Part shown: in pieces, positions 27,815 through 36,322 of the stretch | Position numbering within the stretch: the first letter of the stretch is position 1 | How the letters are laid out: each line of letters opens with the position of its first letter | The notes under the pieces: model-generated | Databases searched by the model: none | Told to the model about the DNA's origin: nothing | The model's input: the letters and a program-made list of their open reading frames with translations, nothing else | Translations under genes and position numbers: made by a program | DNA from: Rhodonellum sp. | GTDB taxonomy: Bacteria; Bacteroidota; Bacteroidia; Cytophagales; Cyclobacteriaceae | DNA: 64,000 bases | Assembly (NCBI GenBank): GCA_041748555.1 | Contig: JBGTDA010000021.1 | Coordinates: 12,497 to 76,496 of the forward strand | Direction of reading: 5' to 3'

Positions 27815-29053
27815 ATGGAATGGCTCCAAATTTTCTTTAACATGAAAATTGTTATTGGAGGAAATTGCAAAATAGCTTGCGATGCCTTGTCATATTTGTA
27901 CCAAAAAGGAATCAATAAAGAGGATATTCTTGTATGTATCAATAAAAGAGATTCCGGAATGGATGGGTGGCAGCCTTCACTCAAAAAGCTGGCTTCCAGA
28001 CTGGGAATCAAAGAAGTTTTGCTTCAGGAACTATACGAGATTGAGGATCTTGTTTTTATCTCCTTGGAGTTTGACCAAATTATCAAGACCTCGAAATTTC
28101 TTTCTCAAGAACTGTTCAATATCCATTTCTCTTTATTACCCCAATATAAAGGAATGTACACTTCCTGTATTCCTTTGTTGAAAGGGGATATGGAATCAGG
28201 GGTTACATTACATCGCATGGATGATGGGATAGATACAGGTGAGATTATCGATCAACAGGCCTTTCCCTTACCCTTGAACTTAAACGGTTTTGGACTTTAT
28301 AATACCTATTTGAAATATGCTTTCGTCATTTTCAAAAGTAACATTGATTCTATTTTATTAAAAAAAGTTATTTCCACTCCCCAAAATCATTTTTTTTCAA
28401 CTTATTATTCTAAAAAATCAATAGATTTTTCTTCCATAAAAATAGATTTTTATCAAACAGGTTACCAAGTGCACAATCAAATCAGGGCCTTTGCTTTTAG
28501 ACCATTCCAGTTGCCTGTTTTAGAGGGACTTTCTATTAGCCACTCTGTTGTTTCTTCAAACAGATCAGTGGGTAAGCCGGGTTTTTATTTGCAGGAAACA
28601 GAATTTAAAAGAACTTATTCCACCATTGATTATGATGTGGAAGTGTATTTTGACCAATTGGAACAAATACTTCAGGCTGCAAAAGAAAACCGATTATCCT
28701 TTATCAGGGAGAGGTTTGAAGAAGGCTACCTATTCAATGAAAAAAATAAATCCGGTTGGGATGCGCTTATCGTAGCAGCCTATAACAATTCTTTTGAAGT
28801 TTTAAAGTTTTTGCTGGATAATGGGATGGATCCGAACAGTACCAATAATAATGGAACCAGTGTGCTGATGTATGCCATGACAGCGACCGTAGAGAATAAT
28901 GATTTCAAGTCTATGGATTATCTGATTGCCGCTGGGGCAGAGATTAATCATATGGACAATGCTGGTATCTCACTGGTAGAATATTCCAAAAAACACAGGA
29001 ATGCCACTGTTGTTGATTACCTTAACCAACACCAAACCCTAATTGGAGGCTAA
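27815..29053 (+). CDS. Sugar N-formyltransferase fused to a C-terminal ankyrin-repeat domain (QdtF/FdtF-like architecture)
   Basis: 412 aa; the likely start is the ATG at 27842 (MKIVIGGN). The formyltransferase core has a catalytic Asn/His motif (FNIHFSLLPQYKG; N102, H104) and an Asp loop (MDDGIDTGEII; D139). Residues ~310-400 form about two to three ankyrin repeats (GWDALIVAAYNNSFEVLKFLLDNGMDPNSTNNNGTSVLMYAM..., DYLIAAGAEINHMDNAGISLVEYS). Confidence 0.75.
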   Translation: MEWLQIFFNMKIVIGGNCKIACDALSYLYQKGINKEDILVCINKRDSGMDGWQPSLKKLASRLGIKEVLLQELYEIEDLVFISLEFDQIIKTSKFLSQELFNIHFSLLPQYKGMYTSCIPLLKGDMESGVTLHRMDDGIDTGEIIDQQAFPLPLNLNGFGLYNTYLKYAFVIFKSNIDSILLKKVISTPQNHFFSTYYSKKSIDFSSIKIDFYQTGYQVHNQIRAFAFRPFQLPVLEGLSISHSVVSSNRSVGKPGFYLQETEFKRTYSTIDYDVEVYFDQLEQILQAAKENRLSFIRERFEEGYLFNEKNKSGWDALIVAAYNNSFEVLKFLLDNGMDPNSTNNNGTSVLMYAMTATVENNDFKSMDYLIAAGAEINHMDNAGISLVEYSKKHRNATVVDYLNQHQTLIGG

Positions 29054-29134
29054 AGACAGGTGCATTTGATATTTGATAAATAATCGGGCAACCCACTCGA
29101 ATAATAATATTCTCACAAATTTTAGAGTATATAA

Positions 29135-29995
29135 ATGAATCAAAAACAGATAGATGATCTCGATTGGGATTTCCGTATAGAGGCTAATAATGGTCCATTT
29201 AGTATTGGTTTTTCCCAAGTGTGGAAGTACAGGGATCTCTTGATGTTGTTTGTGAAAAGGGATATTGTAACGGTTTATAAACAGACCATTTTAGGACCTC
29301 TTTGGTTTTTTATCCAACCCATTCTGACCACAATTACATTTATGTTCATTTTTGGCAATCTGGCAGGAATAAGTACTGATGGTGTTCCCCAAATCCTTTT
29401 TTACCTGGCAGGAATTACCATATGGAATTATTTCAATGAAACCCTTACACAAACATCCAAAACCTTCACTGAAAACGCACCCATATTCGGTAAGGTTTAT
29501 TTCCCAAGGTTGGTTTTACCTCTGAGTAAAGTAATCAGTAACCTTTTGAAGTTTGCCATTCAATTTGGACTTTTTTTGGTAACCCTATTGGTGTTTGTCC
29601 TTTTAGGAAAGGATGTCGGCCCTAATATTTATATACTATTAACTCCGATATTAATGATAATGATGGGGGGATTGGGTCTGGGTTTCGGTTTGATTTCCAG
29701 CGCTTTGACCACTAAATACCGTGACCTTACTTTTTTGATAGCTTTCGGGGTGCAATTGCTGATGTATGCAACTCCTGTGATATATCCCATGAGTTCTATT
29801 TCTGAGAAATACCAGATTTATTTATGGATCAATCCGCTCACCAGTATACTGGAATGCTTTAAATATGCCTATTTGGGTTCAGGTGTTTTGAATTGGTTTT
29901 GGCTCACCTATAGTATGATATTCACTGTACTCCTGCTGTTATTGGGAGCAGTGACTTTCAATAGAATAGAAAAATCTTTTGTTGATACGGTTTAA
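29135..29995 (+). CDS. wzm: ABC-2-type polysaccharide exporter permease (Wzm)
   Basis: 286 aa. It has the family-typical N-terminal amphipathic segment (VWKYRDLLMLFVKRDIVTVYKQTILGPLWFFIQP) followed by six hydrophobic segments. Confidence 0.85.
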   Translation: MNQKQIDDLDWDFRIEANNGPFSIGFSQVWKYRDLLMLFVKRDIVTVYKQTILGPLWFFIQPILTTITFMFIFGNLAGISTDGVPQILFYLAGITIWNYFNETLTQTSKTFTENAPIFGKVYFPRLVLPLSKVISNLLKFAIQFGLFLVTLLVFVLLGKDVGPNIYILLTPILMIMMGGLGLGFGLISSALTTKYRDLTFLIAFGVQLLMYATPVIYPMSSISEKYQIYLWINPLTSILECFKYAYLGSGVLNWFWLTYSMIFTVLLLLLGAVTFNRIEKSFVDTV

Positions 29996-30001
29996 TTAAC
30001 T

Positions 30002-31267
30002 ATGCGTCCTGTAATAAATGTAGAGAATGTCTCCAAATTATACAGATTGGGAGAAATAGGCACAGGTACCATAAGCCATGATATCAATAGATGGTGGGCC
30101 AAAATGCGGGGAAAGGAAGATCCATTTGCTGAAATCGGAACTGAAAACGATCGTGCTGTAAATGACGGTAGCCAGTATGCCTGGGCCCTTCGAGATATAA
30201 ATTTTCAAGTTGGGCAAGGTGACGTCTTGGGCATTATTGGCCGTAATGGAGCAGGAAAAAGTACTTTGTTGAAAATACTTTCCCGTGTTACTTTGCCCAC
30301 AAACGGGCATATCGATGTAAAAGGCCGTGTAGCTTCTTTATTGGAAGTTGGAACCGGATTTCATCCTGAGCTAACGGGAAGGGAAAATATTTTTTTGAAT
30401 GGGGCCATTCTAGGCATGACAAAATCCGAAATTAAAAGAAAATTTGATGAAATAGTCGATTTTGCAGGGGTTGCAAAATATGTAGATACACCAGTGAAAA
30501 GGTACAGCAGTGGCATGTATGTGAGACTTGCTTTTGCTGTGGCAGCCCATTTGGAATCCGAAATCCTGATCATTGACGAAGTGCTGGCGGTTGGGGATGC
30601 CGAGTTTCAAAAGAAATGCCTCGGCAAAATGGGGGACGTTAGTAGAAAAGAAGGACGGACTATTCTTTTTGTAAGTCATAACATGGCTTCAGTGAAGAGT
30701 CTTTGCACTCATGGGATTGTTCTTCATAATGGTGCATACGCCTTTGAGGGTTCTACGCATGAGGCAGTTAATTTTTATCAGCAAAATTCAAATCTAAATC
30801 AATTTGTTAATTTTGATTTGGATTCACCTGATATTATTGGAAATGAAAATATAAAAATCCTGGAGTTTAAAGTTGGGGCTTTCCAAGGGGACTATATCTC
30901 AGTATCCTCAGGAATCAGTTTTGAATGCACGTTTTATAATGAAAAAGTTGGGATAAACCTGGATATCACATTTGAATTGGTTAATTCAGAGGAGGTGAAA
31001 ATTTTCCATCACGGAGCACTTATTTCCAAAAACAGAGACAGCAGGAAAGGTTTGTACACAATTAAAGGTCATCTTCCCCCATATACCCTGAATTCAGGAC
31101 AGTATAAATTCAACCTGATTTTTGGCGAAAACCAAAGGTACATGCTCTTTGGTGAAGCAGAATTGATCGGTTTCGAAGTTGCCAATGAATCATTGGGATC
31201 AAATACAGAGGTCTTGCCCGGTATCCTTCGTCCGAATATTCCTTATGAAATTGATTTTCAAAAATAA
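30002..31267 (+). CDS. wzt: ABC polysaccharide exporter ATPase with C-terminal glycan-binding-type extension (Wzt)
   Basis: 421 aa. The NBD has Walker A (GRNGAGKST), a signature (YSSGMYVRLAF) and Walker B (ILIIDEVLAVGD). A ~160 aa beta-rich C-terminal extension follows (ILEFKV..., ISFECTFYN..., LDITFELVN..., YKFNLIFG...), as in Wzt proteins with a carbohydrate-binding domain. Confidence 0.85.
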   Translation: MRPVINVENVSKLYRLGEIGTGTISHDINRWWAKMRGKEDPFAEIGTENDRAVNDGSQYAWALRDINFQVGQGDVLGIIGRNGAGKSTLLKILSRVTLPTNGHIDVKGRVASLLEVGTGFHPELTGRENIFLNGAILGMTKSEIKRKFDEIVDFAGVAKYVDTPVKRYSSGMYVRLAFAVAAHLESEILIIDEVLAVGDAEFQKKCLGKMGDVSRKEGRTILFVSHNMASVKSLCTHGIVLHNGAYAFEGSTHEAVNFYQQNSNLNQFVNFDLDSPDIIGNENIKILEFKVGAFQGDYISVSSGISFECTFYNEKVGINLDITFELVNSEEVKIFHHGALISKNRDSRKGLYTIKGHLPPYTLNSGQYKFNLIFGENQRYMLFGEAELIGFEVANESLGSNTEVLPGILRPNIPYEIDFQK

Positions 31268-31310
31268 ATTGACAATTCATTTCTTTTCCTCATTTTAAAA
31301 ATAAAATCTG

Positions 31311-32198
31311 ATGATAAAGAAATCCCCTTTGGTTACAATTGTTGCGCTTAGCTATAATCATGGGGATTATGTTTTGGAAACTTTGGAAAGTATCAAAAAC
31401 CAGACTTATCATACCATTCAGCTGATCATCATCGATAATGGATCAAAGGATGATTCTGTAAATAAAATAAACCAATGGATAAAAGGATCCGGTTTGGAAA
31501 ATGTTTTATTTTTTCCGGAAGAAAAAAATTTAGGCGTATGCCCGGCCTTAAATAAAGCGCTGAATTTGTCCAAAGGAAGATATTATCAATTTGTTTCTTG
31601 CGATGATATTTTATTGCATGATAAAATTGAAAAACAAGTTGAGATTTTTGAGGAACTTCCTGAAACCGTTGCATTTATTTATGGAAACTTTCAATACATC
31701 AATGAAAAAAGTGAAATTCTTGAAAAGAAAAATCATTTCGCACAACAAGGCTGGAATTATCAGTCAGACCTCCCGATGGGTAGGGTAAAACTGGTGGCAG
31801 TTAACAACTATTTTATCTCTGCTCCAACAGTCCTTTACAGGACTGATCGTGTCAAAGAAGTTGGTGGCTATGATGAAAACATTCCTTTTGAGGATTATCA
31901 AATGAATTTGCGACTCTTGGCCAATTTTTCCTGCTATGGTTTAATCGATGTCTTATGTCTTTACAGGGTATTATCCAATTCTTTTTATAATTCAACATCT
32001 GATGATAAAATTGAAAATAATTACCTGCATACAATGAAATACATATATGGTGAAAACTATTATCAGAATTGGGTAATACTACTTAGATATATACTTTTTA
32101 ATAACTCAATCAAATTCAAAATAATTAAAAAAATAATTTTTTTATTATTGAATAATGCTGCGGTTTCATTTAAAAAAACATATGGAATCAAGTCTTAG
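31311..32198 (+). CDS. Glycosyltransferase family 2
   Basis: 295 aa with a GT-A signature (VTIVALSYNHGDYVLETLESIKNQTY, LIIIDNGSKDDS) and a DxD-like motif (SCDDIL). Confidence 0.85.
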   Translation: MIKKSPLVTIVALSYNHGDYVLETLESIKNQTYHTIQLIIIDNGSKDDSVNKINQWIKGSGLENVLFFPEEKNLGVCPALNKALNLSKGRYYQFVSCDDILLHDKIEKQVEIFEELPETVAFIYGNFQYINEKSEILEKKNHFAQQGWNYQSDLPMGRVKLVAVNNYFISAPTVLYRTDRVKEVGGYDENIPFEDYQMNLRLLANFSCYGLIDVLCLYRVLSNSFYNSTSDDKIENNYLHTMKYIYGENYYQNWVILLRYILFNNSIKFKIIKKIIFLLLNNAAVSFKKTYGIKS

Positions 32199-32240
32199 TG
32201 TTCATTCTTTTCATTTCTTCGAATCAATGAAAGTTTTCCT

Positions 32241-34100
32241 ATGTGTGGAATAGCTGGTTTTGCCAAAAACACTCAACTGAAGGATTCTAGGCAGGTTATC
32301 GACAAACTTGTTGCTTCATTGAATCACAGGGGACCGGATGGATCCGGGTTTTTTGAAAATGAGTCAATTGCGCTTGTCCATACCAGATTATCGATCATAG
32401 ATTTGAGCGAAAAAGGTAATCAACCATTATTTAATGAGGACAGATCTCTAGTGCTTATATGCAACGGAGAGATATATAATTATCAGGAAATCCGGTCCGG
32501 GTTGATCAAAAAAGGTCATACTTTCAGTTCTTCTTCAGATAGTGAGGTGATTCTTCATTTATACGAGGAATTGGAAGGAAATCCAGAAAAGATTCTGAAT
32601 GGGCTTACAGGAATGTTTGCATTTGCGCTCTGGGATTGTAAAAAAGAAAAACTGATTATTGCCAGGGATAGGGTAGGAATTAAACCAATGTTCTATTCCT
32701 TGGCGGAAGGGAAATTCGGGTTTGCTTCGGAGGTGGCCCCATTGGCGAATGCCGGGTTATTTTCCGTTCATCCGGATCCCACCTCACTTTTTGAGTATTT
32801 TTTGTTGGGAAGCATACCTGAACCTAATTCTTGGTATTCAGAAATCAAAACACTTCCACCTGCACATTATGGGGTATGGGAAGGAGGGAATTTTGAAATT
32901 CGTAAATTTTATAACTTACCCGAAACGCTCAATCACCATTACAAATCAGCATTGGAAGTTGCTGAAGAAGCGGAGGAGTTGTTGAAAGGAATTGTTTCGG
33001 AACATTTGATTTCAGATGTACCGGTCGGCACTTTTTTATCTGCAGGAATTGACTCAAGTTTGATCAGCCATTATGCAGGAGAACAACAAAAAGGAATTCA
33101 TTCCTTTTCGGCAGCCTTTCCCGGTGAACCTGAAGATGAATCCAAAATAGCTGCACAAACCGCTCAAAAAATCGGTGCTTCCCATGATTCCTTTGTCATT
33201 GATACAGATTTTTTCCACGATTTTGATCAATATTACGGGAATATGGATCAGCCTTTTGGAATCAGCAGTGCCTTGTCACTTTCACGAATAAGTTCCATCG
33301 CAAAAACCAAGGTCAAAGTGGTGTTGAGTGGTGATGGTGCAGATGAACTTATGGGAGGTTACGGCAGACATGTGCCATTTTATAATCCACCTTTATTAAA
33401 GGGCCTTCCAAAACCTGTTCGTTCCTTCATTTTCAAAGGCGTCGGTAAAGGTCTAGGTCGTGATTCCCTTGTCAAAGCTGCAGATTATCTAAAGATATCT
33501 GACAGTGAAAAATACCTTAACAGATATCAAATTCTACAGGAACAGGAATGTTTGGAACTTATACATCCGGATATCCGAAAGCAAGTGGATATTTCCCGAT
33601 ATAAAAACCGTTTGGAAACCGTTTGGAATGAATATTCCGGTGAGGAAATGCTCAATAAGATGCTTTACCTGGATTTGAAAACCAGTCTGGTGGATGAGAT
33701 GTTGACGAAAGTGGATCGAATGACCATGAGTCAGGGGCTGGAGGCAAGAGTTCCTTTCTTGGACCACCGGTTTGTTGAATTTTGCTTTTCAATTCCTGAA
33801 AAATTCAAACGGAATGAAAAATGGGGTAAACTTCCATTAAGATTGTTGGTTCAAAAGCACTTTGGTGATGACCTTGCATTCAGGGAAAAAACAGGATTCA
33901 ATTCTCCTTTAAAAAAGATGTTGTCGGAAGATAAACTTACCAAAAATCTCTTTTTTGATAAATTGAATTCCTTGGGAAAGTCCGGAATGATGGATATTGA
34001 TAAGATCACTCAAAAGTTCGGGAGAAGTAATCCCAGTCATATTGACCCTTCTTTGGCGTTTGGAATTGTTACATTGAGTTATTTTTTGGATAAGAATTGA
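32241..34100 (+). CDS. Asparagine synthase (glutamine-hydrolysing)-family amidotransferase, paralog 1
   Basis: 619 aa. It has the Ntn nucleophile Cys2 (MCGIAGF), the class-II GATase blocks HRGPDGSG, RLSIIDLS.. GNQP and NGEIYNY, and a PP-loop (FLSAGIDSS) in the synthetase domain. Confidence 0.9.
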   Translation: MCGIAGFAKNTQLKDSRQVIDKLVASLNHRGPDGSGFFENESIALVHTRLSIIDLSEKGNQPLFNEDRSLVLICNGEIYNYQEIRSGLIKKGHTFSSSSDSEVILHLYEELEGNPEKILNGLTGMFAFALWDCKKEKLIIARDRVGIKPMFYSLAEGKFGFASEVAPLANAGLFSVHPDPTSLFEYFLLGSIPEPNSWYSEIKTLPPAHYGVWEGGNFEIRKFYNLPETLNHHYKSALEVAEEAEELLKGIVSEHLISDVPVGTFLSAGIDSSLISHYAGEQQKGIHSFSAAFPGEPEDESKIAAQTAQKIGASHDSFVIDTDFFHDFDQYYGNMDQPFGISSALSLSRISSIAKTKVKVVLSGDGADELMGGYGRHVPFYNPPLLKGLPKPVRSFIFKGVGKGLGRDSLVKAADYLKISDSEKYLNRYQILQEQECLELIHPDIRKQVDISRYKNRLETVWNEYSGEEMLNKMLYLDLKTSLVDEMLTKVDRMTMSQGLEARVPFLDHRFVEFCFSIPEKFKRNEKWGKLPLRLLVQKHFGDDLAFREKTGFNSPLKKMLSEDKLTKNLFFDKLNSLGKSGMMDIDKITQKFGRSNPSHIDPSLAFGIVTLSYFLDKN

Positions 34101-35332
34101 AAATAATTATTTTAACTCCCAATTATCCCAGAAAAAATGCCACTATGAATGGTATTTTTATCCATCAACAAATCAAAGCCTTACAGGAATTGGGATGTGA
34201 ATGCCATGTTTTGCTGGATTATAATTGGTTTCCATGGGGCGGCTTGCATAAAACCCATGGTTATTGGCGTTCCGGTTTTGAAGCCTTCCATAATTATTTG
34301 GATGAGGTGGAGGGAATTACCATCCATAAAGTACCCTCATTTGTAAAAATGCCCAACAGGCTATTTCCTGAAAATTATTACGAAAGACTGGGGCGTTCAT
34401 TTTCCAGGTATATTCAGAAGACTCCTTCTCTTAAAAATGCTGATTGGATATATGCCCACTTTTTAACTGATTTTGGATACATCGGTACAAAAGTAAAGGC
34501 CTTGACAGGAATCAAATTAGCGGCGATTGCAAGAGGGGATGATATTCATGCTTGGCCCAATGAAAATCCCGGCTTAATCCGCCATATTGAAGCGGTTTTT
34601 GACCATGCTGATCTGATTTTTGCCAATAGCCGAAGGCTTGCTGATGATGCCAATGAACTTGTTTCGGAGAAATATCAGAAGGAAGTCCATATTATTTATA
34701 ATGGTGTTGATTTGGACAAGTTCAGGCCAGCGGAAAGGGAAGAAAAACAGTTACTTCAGAGAAATTTCCATCTTGACCCAACAAAAAAATTCCTGCTTTG
34801 TGTGGGAACCCCACTAAAGGAGAAAGGGTGGTTAGTGCTTTTTGATGCGATGGCTGAAATAAAGAATGAATTAGAGCATTGGGAATTGCTGTGTGTGGCA
34901 ATTAACAGAAATAGTGATGATACCCTTGATTTAAAAAGAGAGGCGGCAGATCGGAGATTGGGAGGCCATGTAATTGTAATGGGACAGCTTTCCCATGATG
35001 ATTTGGCAAAACTGTATCGGGCTGTTGATGCTTTTGTTCTTCCCAGTTATAATGAAGGAATGGCCAATGCATTGTTGGAAGCTGCAGCTTCAAATCTAAG
35101 GATCATTGCGTCCGATGTTGGTGGACATTCCGAAATTTTTACGGATGCTCCCGATTGTTTCCTCGTTCAGCCCGGGGATTTGGATGAGTTAAAATCAGCA
35201 TTGAAAAAATTGACTACAACAGATCTGAATAAACCAGTGTGGACAAGGGAGATGGTGAAGAAAGTCGGTACTTTTTCGGACAACTCCAAAAAATTACTGG
35301 AGCACTTTACTAAAAGTCAAAGCTTTGTTTGA
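34097..35332 (+). CDS. Glycosyltransferase family 4
   Basis: 411 aa with an E-x7-E region (PSYNEGMANALLEAAASNLRIIASDVGGHSEIF). It overlaps the upstream AsnB gene by 4 nt. Confidence 0.85.
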   Translation: MKIIILTPNYPRKNATMNGIFIHQQIKALQELGCECHVLLDYNWFPWGGLHKTHGYWRSGFEAFHNYLDEVEGITIHKVPSFVKMPNRLFPENYYERLGRSFSRYIQKTPSLKNADWIYAHFLTDFGYIGTKVKALTGIKLAAIARGDDIHAWPNENPGLIRHIEAVFDHADLIFANSRRLADDANELVSEKYQKEVHIIYNGVDLDKFRPAEREEKQLLQRNFHLDPTKKFLLCVGTPLKEKGWLVLFDAMAEIKNELEHWELLCVAINRNSDDTLDLKREAADRRLGGHVIVMGQLSHDDLAKLYRAVDAFVLPSYNEGMANALLEAAASNLRIIASDVGGHSEIFTDAPDCFLVQPGDLDELKSALKKLTTTDLNKPVWTREMVKKVGTFSDNSKKLLEHFTKSQSFV

Positions 35333-35356
35333 AGGAAGACCACAGTCACAAATCCA

Positions 35357-36319
35357 TTGGAGTATAAGATGATGGTCAGCATTATCATACCGACCTTCAA
35401 CAGGAAAAACCTATTGACAATTACTTTGGATTCTTTATCTCTTGATTATGGTACAGAAAAGGAAGTCATCGTTGTTGATGACGGTTCAACCGATGGGACC
35501 GAGGCAACGGTGAAAGTCAAATACCCAAGTGTACGTTTCTTTAAACAGAATCAACAGGGTGCTCCGGCTGCAAGGAATCTGGGATTAAAAGAAGCAAGCG
35601 GAGAATTTGTTATCTTTCTGGATTCAGATGATTTATTGGAAGGAGGGTTTATTGAATCAAAATTAGATGCTTTCGGAGACAAACCCCAAATGGATGCCAT
35701 TTATGGTTCCTGGGATTTTTTTAAAGGTGATGGTGTATTCAATCCATCTGATATTATTCCAAGATTCTCGGGGTATCCTCTCTACAAAGAGGATCAGGAA
35801 TTCGAAATCATGAAAAATTTATTGGGAGGTTGGTTTATTCCGGTTTCGGCAGTGATGTGGAAAAAAAGTTTTTTGGAGAGAATAGGGGGATTTAGACCCG
35901 ACCTCTCAATAAACCAAGATGTAGACCTGATATTTAGAGCGATAGTTAGTGATTTTAAAATCTGTGGAGAAAAGAGCCCAAGAACATTGATTCGCGATCA
36001 TAACAGTGATAGGGTTGGAGTTGTAAAGAATGATCTAATCAAAATAAACCAAGTATACGAACTTCGTAATTTTTTCATAAATGAATTAAAAGTTGCAGGA
36101 AAGTGGAATAAAAAATATGCCAATGCTTTGGCAGAGTATTCCTTTGATATGTGGTCTTTGTACAGAAAGGAACTGCCGGTGGGAGCAAAGAAATTTCTTG
36201 ATCTCAGCAAGTCTCTCAATCCCAACCTGGAAGTAAAAGGTGGGTTTGTTTATCAAATGTTAGGAAAAGTGATCGGAAGCCACAGAGCAGTAATGATTAA
36301 ACAAGCAGTAAAATTCTAG
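35357..36319 (+). CDS. Glycosyltransferase family 2
   Basis: Likely start is the ATG at 35369 (MMVSIIIPTFNRKNLL). Motifs: VIVVDDGSTDGT and DSDDLL (DxD). Confidence 0.85.
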   Translation: MEYKMMVSIIIPTFNRKNLLTITLDSLSLDYGTEKEVIVVDDGSTDGTEATVKVKYPSVRFFKQNQQGAPAARNLGLKEASGEFVIFLDSDDLLEGGFIESKLDAFGDKPQMDAIYGSWDFFKGDGVFNPSDIIPRFSGYPLYKEDQEFEIMKNLLGGWFIPVSAVMWKKSFLERIGGFRPDLSINQDVDLIFRAIVSDFKICGEKSPRTLIRDHNSDRVGVVKNDLIKINQVYELRNFFINELKVAGKWNKKYANALAEYSFDMWSLYRKELPVGAKKFLDLSKSLNPNLEVKGGFVYQMLGKVIGSHRAVMIKQAVKF

Positions 36320-36322
36320 AAG

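Noticed and set aside
28658-29029. The ankyrin repeats, considered as a eukaryote-like secreted effector domain.
   Set aside because: They are fused in frame to an intact formyltransferase, there is no secretion signal, and the gene sits mid-operon between wzc and wzm. A substrate-binding or regulatory role in the enzyme is more parsimonious.
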